This document shows, piece after piece, positions 25,262-35,852 of a stretch of 64,000 nucleotides of DNA. The stretch comes from Mytilus californianus (taxonomy: Eukaryota). Numbering within the stretch: position 1 is the first letter of the stretch; every line of letters starts with the position of its first letter. The notes beneath the pieces are model-generated. The model searched no databases. It saw only the letters and a list, made by a program, of their open reading frames with translations, and had not been told where the DNA came from. Where the stretch lies: positions 47,678,001 to 47,742,000 of the forward strand of contig NW_026262723.1 of the NCBI RefSeq assembly GCF_021869535.1, given 5' to 3'. The position numbers were made by a program, and so were the translations under genes.

Positions 25262-25705
25262 AAAAAAGGAAAGAAAAATACCAAGGGGACATTCAAAACT
25301 CATACTGTGGATTCATTATTATTCGTGGAATACCAATTTTCGTGGATTTCGCTTGGTACTGGTAAACAACGAATTCAAATGTTCAACTATTTACAAACTT
25401 TCCATTGGTTTGTATGCAGACTTAAACAAAACCACGAAATTAAATATCCACGAAAATGCAAGATTTCCTCAATCCACGAAAATTGATACCCACGAAAAAA
25501 ATGAATCCACAGTAAGTCGAGAGAAACTGACAATACCATAGCGAAAAATAAAAGATGACGAAAGGACAACTAAAAAAAAAACTAGAGACTGAGCTACAGG
25601 AACCAAACAAAAACGTGGGATGATCTCAGGTCTTTCGGAAGGGTAACAGATCCTGCTTCACTAGTGACACCTGTCATGTAACTCCTATGGAATACGTTGA
25701 TAAGT
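25262..25705 (-). mobile_element. Family A 3' region interrupted by a MITE
   Basis: ACCAAGGGGACATTCAAAACTCA[MITE]AGTCGAGAGAAACTGACAA...GATCTCAGG...GGAAGGGTAA. Confidence 0.75.
25305..25512. mobile_element. 208 bp Tc1/mariner-type MITE with TA TSD
   Basis: Terminal inverted repeats CTGTGGATTCATT / AATGAATCCACAG flanked by TA at 25303-25304 and 25513-25514. Confidence 0.88.
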
Positions 25706-26323
25706 ACTATTAACTGATGTCATTTAAAACAAAATATCCTTTCTTCCTTTTTCTATCTCTATCTACAATTTCTCCGCTTCTCACTTTTTTGTTTATTGTT
25801 TTGATTTGTCAGATTCATCCTACTGGTTCATTTTTTAATCTCCTACTTTTCTTGTCCTTTTTTTTCTGTCTCCTTTCTCCCAAAACTAATCTCATTACTC
25901 TACCCTCGCTCATTCTTATGCTATTGCATTAAACGTCTTATGTGTATAAGTTTAAAACTTCAGAAAAGAATCTGATTTTCAAATTTTCACTATCATTCGC
26001 TGTCTTATCATCGCATAACCTATCACTAAAAATCTGATAATCTATTTTTCTAGACGTTACAAAGTGTTTATACGTTTTATACGTTTTACCCTCTCCTACT
26101 ACCATTTCCTTGGATTGCTGTATCAAGTAACATTCACGAGGTGTGTTTGAAAAAAAAAATGATTAACTTGAAATACAAAAAAAGTCAACGAATTGTAAAA
26201 ACATTATCTAACAGATGAAAATCCATCCTTGTAGCATTAGTCTTTGTTCAATTTGGTTTAAGTATGCAATTTAATCCAGAATAAACGAGCTAAATTTTAA
26301 AACAAACAGACACAGGTCATCTA

Positions 26324-27030
26324 TTAAAGGTGGCATTAGATATGATTTAGACAACTCATCAAAATATAGTTGGGTTTTTTTTCAAATATTTATAAAACAA
26401 AAGGTACTAAGAAATAATATTTCGCAATCAGTTTGGTTCAATTTTCTCAAAATTATATAAAACTTGCATCGCTGATGTATAATTGGCTGCCAGTCAATAA
26501 TTCAACTTCATTTGAATCCGTGTTTATGCGACCCTTAGCTAGATAATGGTAAAGCATGAGCTAAGCATGTTCAGTTATTAAAAAGAAAAGACTGTCAACA
26601 TTGCAAAGTGAAACAAGGGAGACAACAGGAAGAACCATTGATTCGACCCACAAAATATCATTCTTATACAGGTAAAAGCTATGATTTACATTTCTTTTTT
26701 TTTCTATGAGAGGAAATCAAACAGATCTAGAATAAATTCGTCATTATGTGATTGCACGTGCTTGTCTGTGTATTTACATTTAAATTTATGTTTATATCGA
26801 TAAATCGGGACATATACCATCGGCATTCAAAAGTCATCTCGATGGTCATTTAGATGGCGCATAGTCAAAAATACACACAAAATGTTGATACATTATAACG
26901 AGTTCATGCATTGCTAGATTGTTTATTTTGGACTTTTTGTAATTACGATATAAGTGTTAGTGTGTTATAAGTCAAATATAAGAACTTGAGTAAAAACGGT
27001 GAAGATAAATATGACAACTAATTTCTTTTA
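26324..27030 (+). mobile_element. MITE starting TTAAAGG (Kolobok-like, inferred)
   Basis: Internal blocks shared with 20590-21250, 22900-23250 and 31680-32720. Confidence 0.55.
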
Positions 27031-27367
27031 AAGCACATGGATTATTCAAAACAAAAGTTTATTACAAAACCTAATAGTGACATTTTATGTTTATCTCATC
27101 TCAGATGCTTATTATGCATTGTGTAACTAATTGTGGACTGACATTACGTTAATTTGTCTCTGGTGGAGAGTTGTCTCATTATATTTCACACCAATCTCTT
27201 TATTTTTATATAGAAGATTTTTGCACATTTAAATCCTTACGATTAAACAAACGTTTCATATTCTATGACATGTGTTTTATAGGAAAACATCAGTCTTGGG
27301 AAGACCCCTTACTTTCAAAGAATGTAAGCTGGTACTTTTCGAAAGAATCTTCAAAAGGTTGTCAACA

Positions 27368-27976
27368 TTTTAAAGCCCCAACCGTAGTTGACGGGGGCAT
27401 AAAGTGTTACCCTTCACCGTCCGTCCTTTCGTCTTGCCGTCCTTTCGTTGGTCCCATTTTCGTTTCTGCATTCTAACTAAATTTTGCCTCATGCATATTT
27501 TATGAAACTCATACATAATGCTATGAACAATAACACACATACAGAGTTCGAATTTGGGCAGTGAGTCGCTGACCGTTCTAAAGTTATGCCAATTTTTAAC
27601 TTGGAAAATTACAATTTTTTTCGTCTCCGCACTCTAACTTACGTTTGCCTCATGCAAATTTTATGAAACTCATACACAATACTAAGAATACAAACTGCTA
27701 GACGGAGTTTGAATTTAGGCAGTGAGTACCTTACCTTTCTACACTCATGCCTCTTTATGAATTAGAAAATTGCAAATTTTTTGCTTCCACATTCCATCTT
27801 AAGTTTGCCTCATGCAAATTTTATGAAACTCATACACAATGCTAAGAACGACAACACCCAAACAGAGATGGAATTTGGGTAGTGAGTCATTTACTGTAGA
27901 GTTATGCCCCTTTTCAACTTGTAAAATTACTAAACTTGAGCGGGGGCATTCGTGTCCTCAGAAACATTCTTCTTTT
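27368..27976 (+). mobile_element. Helentron-type non-autonomous element with about 3 internal ~160 bp core repeats
   Basis: 5' hairpin GCCCC..GGGGGC, (CCGT)-type microsatellite, TTTGCCTCATGCA at 27483, 27644 and 27804, 3' CGGGGGCAT. Confidence 0.75.
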
Positions 27977-28805
27977 ATTATGAGAATAATTTCCGCTATC
28001 TTTTCTTCTGTAGGTTGAAAATTAAGTATTGTTGTACATTCATAAGATTATGACAGTTTTTTCTAAACACTTTGAATTAGAAAAATAAATTTTAGACTTC
28101 TGAAATGCTGCTTGAATTCTATTTTTGTTTCTTGTGGCAATATGTAGAAACTATTATTGTTATGACAGTAATTTGTCGACATGCGGCCAATTGCTATGTA
28201 AACGAATCTTTTGAAGATAGTTACGCAATGCAATCAAAAAGTATTATAAGTAGAAACATTTCTCTTTAAATAAAATATTATAAGGTTTGCTTAAAAGCAT
28301 AAAGTAATTATGTAAGTAATATTTCCAATATTACAGTTTATTTGCATGATTCTTGATTACAGCGGCAAATAATGGTGACAGTTGTCTTTAATGTTTGTGA
28401 AGGAATCAAAATCGAACTATGGCTTATATCTAACGTGAAGACATTTCAATTGAAAATTAGCTGATATATCGCTTGATTGCTGTTTTCTAAACTATCAGCC
28501 ACAGATAACTATATTTCGTGGATACATTGTATTTGGTCGAAATTAAGTAAAATACTGGTTTAAAGAAAAGGACACAAGTAAACGAATGTCAGAAAAGGTA
28601 AAAATCTTTCTTTAACTGTGAATTTCATTGTTGCGAGCTTAAAGCTGACTACTTGTCAATTTTAATTTTAAAACGAAAGGTGCTTTTTGCACATGTGTCC
28701 TATGGATACTAGACACTCTAGCTCCCTCCCCTTAACTTTTTTTTAAAAAAAATCGATATTATATATATTATAACAATATTTAACCTTTAGTAGGAAATAT
28801 ATACA

Positions 28806-29100
28806 ATAAAATTGAGAATGGAAATTGGGAATGTGTCAAAGAGACAACAACCCGACCAAAGAGCAGAAAACAGCCGAAGGCCACCAATGGGTCTTCAACA
28901 CATCGAGAAAATCCTGCACTCGGAGGTGGCCTACAGCTGGCTCCTAAATAAAAATGTGTACTAGTTCAGTAAAAATGGACGTCACACTAAACTCCAAACC
29001 TTTTAAATGAACTAAAATTAAAAAACATACAAGACAAACAAAGGCCAGTGGCTCCTGACTTTGGACAGGCGCAAAAATGCGGCGGGGTTAAACATGTTTT
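28806..29100 (-). mobile_element. Family F 3' region, truncated within the twister motif
   Basis: Minus strand begins AAAACATGTTTAACCCCGCCGCATTTTTGCGCCTGTCCAAAGTCAGGAGCC. Confidence 0.85.
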
Positions 29101-29536
29101 GTAAATGCATGAGTTACATCCAAAAATGAATAACATGTTTTCATATGCTATTAGATAAGTGATGTGAGCCCATTTCCGTACATCTCCTTACACATTGTAA
29201 ATGTTATATTTAGGTAAAAACAGTGTTAATCGCGAATCGAAAATTACTATAATTATGACTATGATTCACCAAAAGTTTGAGGTCGAACATTTATTTTTAG
29301 GATGAGATCTTTTTTAAAAACTAAGTATACGTATAACGATTATATTTAGTTCAGAAATGTACTTTGCTTTGTATATACACAACTCTATACCTGTAATCAA
29401 ATATTTATGTTTAAATGTTCATCATTTTTTTTTGTATCCCTTTACTGATTTTTTCAGTGTGAATATGATCTTTAATATTCGATGTTTCATGCAGCTTCTT
29501 TTACTTTACTCCAGATATCATCAACATAATATTATT

Positions 29537-29777
29537 TGATTGGCGTAAACCGTCACTTTCAGCACTATTGGCTGTTCTGAGACGATCCGTTGTTATTGTT
29601 GAAGGAAGCCGGAGGGCCCGGAGAGAACCAGCGATCTGTGGCAGGTTAACTGATAATCCTTGTAAATTAACATTGGATTCGAGCGCACTTCCACATGCGG
29701 GGTTCTAACATAACCGCAGTTTTGACAGGCTAGTGATACAGTAGTTTAAATATTTAGACCACTCGCCCACCGAGGCC
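29537..29777 (-). mobile_element. Diverged tRNA-derived SINE
   Basis: GAAGCCGGAGGGCCCGGAGAGAACC ... TTAGACCACTCGCCCACCGAGGCC. Confidence 0.8.
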
Positions 29778-29794
29778 TCTCTTAATAATATTAA

Positions 29795-29974
29795 AAATAC
29801 ATGCTGGATGAAATCTAGAATTAGTGAGTAAATGAGTCTTCTTTAAACAAAAATATAATGCTGGATGAAATATAGAATTAGTGAATAAATGAGTCTTCTT
29901 TAAACACATATATAATGCTGGATGAAATATTGAATTAGTAAATAAATAAGTCTTCTTTATACACATATATAATA
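29795..29974. repeat. 57 bp minisatellite, about 3.2 copies
   Basis: ATGCTGGATGAAAT at 29801, 29858 and 29915. Confidence 0.9.
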
Positions 29975-30000
29975 ATTTCATAGAAGATACAAAATATGGT

Positions 30001-30185
30001 TGATTTATTGATTGATTTTTAGTGTTAAATGCCAATTGCAGCACTATTAGCTATATTGTAGCGGTAAGATTAAGATAGTAGTCGAACGCACCTGCCAAGA
30101 ACGTGGTTCGTATTCATAACCGGTGTTGACAGGTTAGTGATACCTGTAGATGAACTTCTTATGATACTTGTCCACCGAGGCCCCT
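30001..30185 (-). mobile_element. Internally deleted tRNA-derived SINE
   Basis: TGATTTATTGATTGA tail ... CCACCGAGGCCCC head; central domain missing. Confidence 0.6.
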
Positions 30186-30225
30186 AACATGGTTGAACTT
30201 TGATTATAACTAAAATACATGTATA

Positions 30226-31624
30226 ACAACTAGAGGCCCTTAAGAGTCTGTGTCGATCACCTGCATCTTCAACAATGGCCACGTTTTAGCAAAAATCATC
30301 ATTAAAGGGGTATAACTCTATTAACAGTTAACTGACAATTTCAGTCATGTTGACGTTTTTGTAGATCTTATCCTGCTGATAATTTTTGCTATCTTAGGTT
30401 TCTATCTGTAAAGGTAACAGTAGTATAACGCTGTTCAATAGTAAAAAATCGATGAAGCGAAAACAAATCCGGGTTACAAACTAAAACCAAGGGAAACACA
30501 TCAACTAAAAGGGGAAAATAACGGAACAACAGAAACACTGAACTGTAACAAAAACGCCAATATACAAAGAAACGGACTATTTGATACCAACTGCCATATT
30601 CCTAACTTGGTACAGGAAATTTTAAGGAAAAATGGTGGGTTGAACCTGGTTTTATGGCTAGCCAAACCTCCCGCTTATAAGGCAACGTTAAAAATACCGC
30701 TAAAATGACAACATTACGTGACAGGAATACAGTACAAATAAACGCAAGAACACTCAGGACAGAGAAATACATAAATAAATAATATAATAGTTCATTACAA
30801 CATGTAAAAAAAAGAATAACAACGGACACTTCCCATGAATTTACGACAGTTTTAGTTATAGTTTCAAGATGAAAGGCAATATTGCAAAAATTTGGAAAAA
30901 TCGTCATTAAAGGGCAATAATTTATATGAAGAGTGGAATAACGATTTCGGTCATGTTTGACTTATTTGTAGATCTTGTCTTGCTGGTCATTTTTGTTATT
31001 TAAAGTTTCTATCTATCTATAACAGTTTTCAATAGAAAAGGCCAAAATGCAAAAAAATGGCAAAATCGTCATTAAGTGGCAATAATTTCAATAAAGTGTC
31101 AACTGACGATACCATCATGTTAGCTTATTTGTAGATCTTTTCTTGCTGATCATATTTTGCTATGTAAATATTCTGTTTATCTTTTATAACTTTCGAGATA
31201 ATAAGCAAAATTTTAAAAAATGGTAAAATTCGTCGTGTAAGGGCGATTGCTCCTATACGAACTCGTCTGTCAGATTTGATGTCATTATTCATTAGGTTAT
31301 TTAGTCCATTTTGTCCATTTCTGCCTAGTCACATTTTCTCTATCTATAGCGATTTCAAGTTAAAAGACAAAAAATGCATTCTTAGCCATGTCGGCCATGT
31401 TTGTTGGCAGGCGGTGTCATCTGACATATATTTTAAACAAGATACCCTATTTGTGATGGTGGCTAAGTTTGTTTAAATTTGGCCTAGTAGTTTCAGAGCT
31501 GATAAGCTATATAAAAGTTAACGGAAAACGGACGACGACGGACAACTGACGACGACGACGCATACAATGGACGCAAAGTGATGGCAAAAGCTCACACTGG
31601 CACTTCAGGTCAGGTGAGCTAAAC
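30226..31624 (-). mobile_element. Helentron-type non-autonomous element interrupted by family G
   Basis: (GAC)n microsatellite and AGCTCAC..GTGAGCT subterminal inverted repeat at the right end; ~160 bp cores ..CGTCATTAAAGGGCAATAA. Confidence 0.65.
30411..30830 (-). mobile_element. Family G (C-related) repeat with a near-intact twister-like motif at about 30590-30687
   Basis: Minus strand GCGG-GAGGT-T-TGGCTAGCCA-TAAAACCAGGTT-CAA-CCC-AC-C..CCTG-TACCAAGT-TAGG. Confidence 0.7.
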
Positions 31625-31679
31625 AGATACATCAAAGACGACAACACAGGGCATCTGGTATTAATAAACAGGGACCCTT

Positions 31680-32720
31680 CACTGTTCGCTATATGTTTTG
31701 GTTCAATTTTGTCAAAATAAGCTCAAATCAGCAGTGATACATTAAACCAAGAGTTCCAAATGGTGAAGTTGAAGTCATCCCTTCGTAAATTTTACGGACG
31801 CCATCACGAGTTGGTTGACCGTTATGGAATAACCGTTTCACAGATGATATCGGATATGTTCCTTATGTCGTACTACAATACCCTCCCTTTTCACGAATGT
31901 GATTTATCGAATTAGACTATTTACCGGATTTGTAATAACATAAGCAACATGACGGGTGCTACATGTGGAGCAGGATCTGCTTACCCTTTCGGAGCACCTG
32001 AGATCACCCCCAGTTTTTGGTGGGGTTCGTGTTGCTTAGTCTTTGGTTTTCTATGTTGTGTCATCTGTACTATTATTTGTCTGTTTGTCTTTTTATTTTT
32101 GGCCATGGCGTTGTCAGTTTGTTTTCGATCTATGAGTTTGACTGCCCCTCTGGTATCTTTCGTCCCTCTTTTATTGTCTTGAAAGTCACTAATCAAATTC
32201 CAGTTGAATATTGATGGCGCATATGCTCAGTATGTTCAGTTATTGAAAAGAACATCAGCTAAACGAATCAATTTTAACAGGATGTCGGGTATGGCTGCCA
32301 CAAAAATCATTCTTGCACAGGTAAACGATGATTCACATTATGTTTTATCTATGATATGAAATCAAGCAGAACTTGGAAAGTTTACATTATACTACCGGTA
32401 TTGCACGTGCTATTTTGAATAATAATATTCAAATATGGGTCACATGCCATCAGCAATCTTTTGTTGTCATATCGATGGTTAATGATATGGCATTTAGTCT
32501 CAAATACGCACAAAAATGTTCAAAGCGTATAACAATTCATGCATTGGTTTACTGTTTCATACGGCTTTTTTTGTAATTATTATATGAGTATCAGTATGTT
32601 TTAACAAAATTGAGAGTTTGAGTCATTTCGATGCATATGAATTTGGCAGCTAATGCCACTTTACCATTAGATAACTTTTAAACAAATAACACTTTTCTTA
32701 TCTTTGTATGCGTTTTCTAG
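31680..32720 (+). mobile_element. MITE (26324 family) interrupted by a family A PLE fragment
   Basis: GGTTCAATTTTGTCAAAATAAGC before 31742; ATGTTCAGTTATTGAAAAGAA..CACAAAAATCATTCTTGCACAGGTAAA after 32172. Confidence 0.55.
31742..32172 (+). mobile_element. Young 5'-truncated PLE family A copy
   Basis: LNQEFQMVKLKSSLRKFYGRHHELVDRYGITVSQMISDMFLMS* plus 3' UTR; near-identical to the reverse complement of 51605-52047. Confidence 0.9.
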
Positions 32721-32779
32721 AAAAATATGCGGTGAAAAAAAGGATAAAAGGAACTCCATGGTTAATCCATAACAACTAT

Positions 32780-33660
32780 CAAAATCAAGCGGAACCAACC
32801 AACGAAACGAATGGAAAACAACTATCATATTCCTGACTTGGTAAAGGCATTGTCCGATGAAAATTGTGGGTTAAGCCTAGTTTTATAGCTAGATAAACCT
32901 CCCATTTGGATGACAGTTGTTAAAAGTGCCGTTAAATTGAAATTGGGTGAGGACCCCAAACATACATAAAATGTTAATGTGACAAAAAATGGGATACAGC
33001 AGCCTAAACTGTGTAAACATACATCACTGACACACAACACAACTGACTAAAACATGTATCATACCAAAATATAAATAAACATAACAAAGACGCCAACAAA
33101 AAGTGTTTGCAGTTGATGGTTCATTTAACATGATGCCAACAAAACGGTTTCTGTAGTTTATAGTACGTACCGTATAGAGTAAACACTTTCTCGATCAAGT
33201 ACAATATCAATACAGGGGTATTTAAAATGATAACAACACACTCTGGCCTTTGTAAGTCTTGTATGTGTTTTTGATCTTCGTTCGGAGTTTAGTGTGATGT
33301 CAATTTTCGCTGAACTAATATACATTTTGTTTAGGAGCCAGCTGAAGCCCGCCCCCGGGGTGTGGGATTTTCTCGCTGTGTTGAAGACCCTTTGGTGTCT
33401 TTCGGCTGTTTTCTGCTGATTGGTCGGGCTGTTGTCTCTTTGACACATTTCCCGTTTTCATTCTCAACTTTACTATAAAACTTCCGAATCGCACCTCTGG
33501 ATCCACCTGCATTAGGACACCTTAAGCCAAAATCCCGATAGCTTCATGCATAAATACCAGGTCACGTCTAGAGTCATACGCCCAAACGGATTTTGGGAAA
33601 GTAGGTACAATTTACTCAGGATGTTTATAGGACTTCTGTCAGATATTTCATCCTGTCAAC
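32780..33660 (-). mobile_element. Family C 3' UTR copy with a slightly degenerate twister motif (32819-32920) and a nested family F insert
   Basis: Collinear with 44180-44900. Confidence 0.75.
33241..33472 (+). mobile_element. Family F 3' end nested in family C
   Basis: CTCTGGCCTTTGT...TTAGGAGCCAGCTGAAG...CATTCTCAACTT. Confidence 0.85.
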
Positions 33661-34224
33661 AAATCAATTAAAGAATGTCTGTAAAATTTAATCAAATAAT
33701 TGCTTACTTATAAAATATTGACTGAAATTCATTAGATAGACCGCGTTTTCAAATTACCAATTTCTATTACAGCGTGTAGAACTTTTTCATGATTAACCTA
33801 AATGGCTTGTTATGTAGTTGCTTCATTTATGGATAAATTTGAAGTTCATTTAAAATCGAAAATTACATCCTGCAGTCTTCCAAATGATCAATTATTCTAA
33901 TTGAAATGTAATGACAATGTTTTTGCGTTTATAAAGATTTGACGTGTACGACGTATTTTCTAAATTCAGCACAATCATGTTGATTGCAATATTTTAATCC
34001 TGTTATCTACATAAACGTTATCTTAATGTGAGATAAGCATAAACATTTGGCTACAAATACGTATCTTTCAGACATTAAGTTTATGTTATATTTAGGGGTT
34101 AACATATTTTTCTTGTATTCTCCGTGATTGCGTTTTAGCATTTGTAGGTCTATCTAAATTTTCCTCTGATTTCCCGGTTTACAGTTGGCATTTGCAAGAT
34201 TTTGCATAACCTGAAGGAATATCT

Positions 34225-34700
34225 GATTTTCAATGCTCTTCAACTTCGTTTTTGATTTGGTCTTCCATTTTTTTTTATTCTAGCGCCAAAAATGAGTCTC
34301 GTGTAGACAAAACGCGCTTCTGGCAAACCTAATTATAAGCCATCTTTGATTAGCCTTTATTAGCACTGGCTCGATGGCACTACTGGTGGACGTTTCGTAC
34401 CCGAGAGTATAACCAGACCATTAGCCAGTATTATTAGCCAGTATTATTGATTTGACATGAAAAATCGTTCAAATTGTCAATTTCTCTAAACCGTCTGTTA
34501 AAAAAATGTTGAATTATTCTTAATTCTAAAGGATCTTCGATCCCCTTAGCCAATTGCGGTATGAATTTTTCCGATGTTTTGGTTTTCAATGTTCTACGTA
34601 TGTGATTAGGCAATCCAACTTATCTAATTTTAGTGCCATGTAGACGAAAAGGTCGTCTGGTGAACCATATTATAATAATGGTATCTTTGTTGATTGCAAA
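34225..34700 (+). mobile_element. Old retrozyme-like tandem copy with two degenerate hammerheads
   Basis: GTAGACAAAACGCGCTTCTGGC at 34303 and GTAGACGAAAAGGTCGTCTGGTG at 34640, 337 nt apart. Confidence 0.7.
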
Positions 34701-35049
34701 ACCTACCTATTGACATCAGTTATTAGCCGTTGACTGCATAAAAACAGCATTCCGGAAAGAGTTTGCCTGCCCCAAATAATCTATCTTTCTGGTGATCAAA
34801 AGTATATTCCATGTCGAGAATGGTATATTCGTTATACCTCGTGTTTTATACAAATAAGTTAACCTCCGCGTAACATTATACGCTGTATTGTTAAGCAGTA
34901 TATTTACATCCTTACATCATGAAATACAAAAAACCAGGACCTACGATCAGTAAAACAAGGATTTAATAGTTTACAATTTTCTTAGCAGTAACAGCATTGT
35001 CATAAAATGTAAATTTTTAGCTTTTTTGATTTGAGACTACAGTACTTCA

Positions 35050-35275
35050 TATAATAGAATTATATGCGTCTGTCATACAAGTGAGAGGTTTGGCTAGGTA
35101 AAAAATCAGGTTTAATTCACCAATTTCTACATAAGGAAATGCCTGTACCAAGTAAGGAATAAGAGTTGTTTTCATTTCGTTTAATGTGTTTGAGCTTTTG
35201 ATTTTGCCATTTGATAAGAAACTTTTCGTTTTTAATTTTCCTTGAAGTTCGGTATTCTTTTTATTTTACTTTTTT
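35050..35275 (+). mobile_element. Family C 3' end with a twister-like motif (35070-35168; P4 and P5 damaged)
   Basis: CTGTCATACAAGTGAGAGGTTTGGCTAGG...TTTAATTCACC...GCCTGTACCAAGTAAGGAAT. Confidence 0.75.
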
Positions 35276-35564
35276 ACCAATGTTACAATTTAATAAATCT
35301 AATAAGAAGATACATATCAACTTGAAGATAAAAACAAAAACTGGAGAATCATATCGGTGGCAAAACAGATTTGACCACCATACTGAATCTTACTTTTGAC
35401 TTACATAATTTAAACAACTCAATAAAGCGCTCAAAGTTCAAAGCGTTATTTTCATTTCCAATACATAACCTTTGAAGTCAATAGAACATTAGATGTTCAA
35501 TAGATAGAAATGATATAATTAATGATTTACCTATTATTCTTGATCTACACGAAATGTAAATTGT

Positions 35565-35852
35565 GTAAATAAACTCATCATAGATACCAAGATTAAAATT
35601 TTGTACGCCAGACGCGCGTTTCGTCTGCAAAAGACTCATCAGCGACGCTCGAATCAATAAAGCTAAAAAGGTCAAATATAGTACGAAGTTGAAGTAAATT
35701 CCGAAAGGTTTTGTGAAATACAGCTACGGTTATCTATTCCATTGGGTAGAAAATCCTAAGAAATCGAAAAAATCTAAGTTTTATAAACACTTGATTTATA
35801 ATTATGACCATATCGTTGATAATTCATGTCAACACAGAAGTGCTGACTACTA
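35565..35852 (-). mobile_element. Retrozyme-like repeat
   Basis: Collinear with 18302-18600, with nearly the same boundaries. Confidence 0.85.
35604..35652 (-). ncRNA. Minimal type I hammerhead ribozyme, intact core
   Basis: CGTCG-CTGATGA-GTC-TTTTGCA-GAC-GAAA-C-GCGC-GTC|TGGCG; cut at 35611/35610. Confidence 0.88.

Noticed and set aside
26480-26680. Repeated module with ATTGG and a CAG|GTAAA donor-like site (also near 20.8, 23.1 and 32.3 kb) as duplicated alternative promoters or first exons
   Set aside because: All four copies share upstream GGTTCAATTTTGTCAAAA blocks, occur in both orientations, and one is split by a PLE; they are a dispersed MITE family.
29754-30044. ORF with repeated KKTHLFTNSIFHPALY peptide
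   Set aside because: Artefact of the 57 bp minisatellite.
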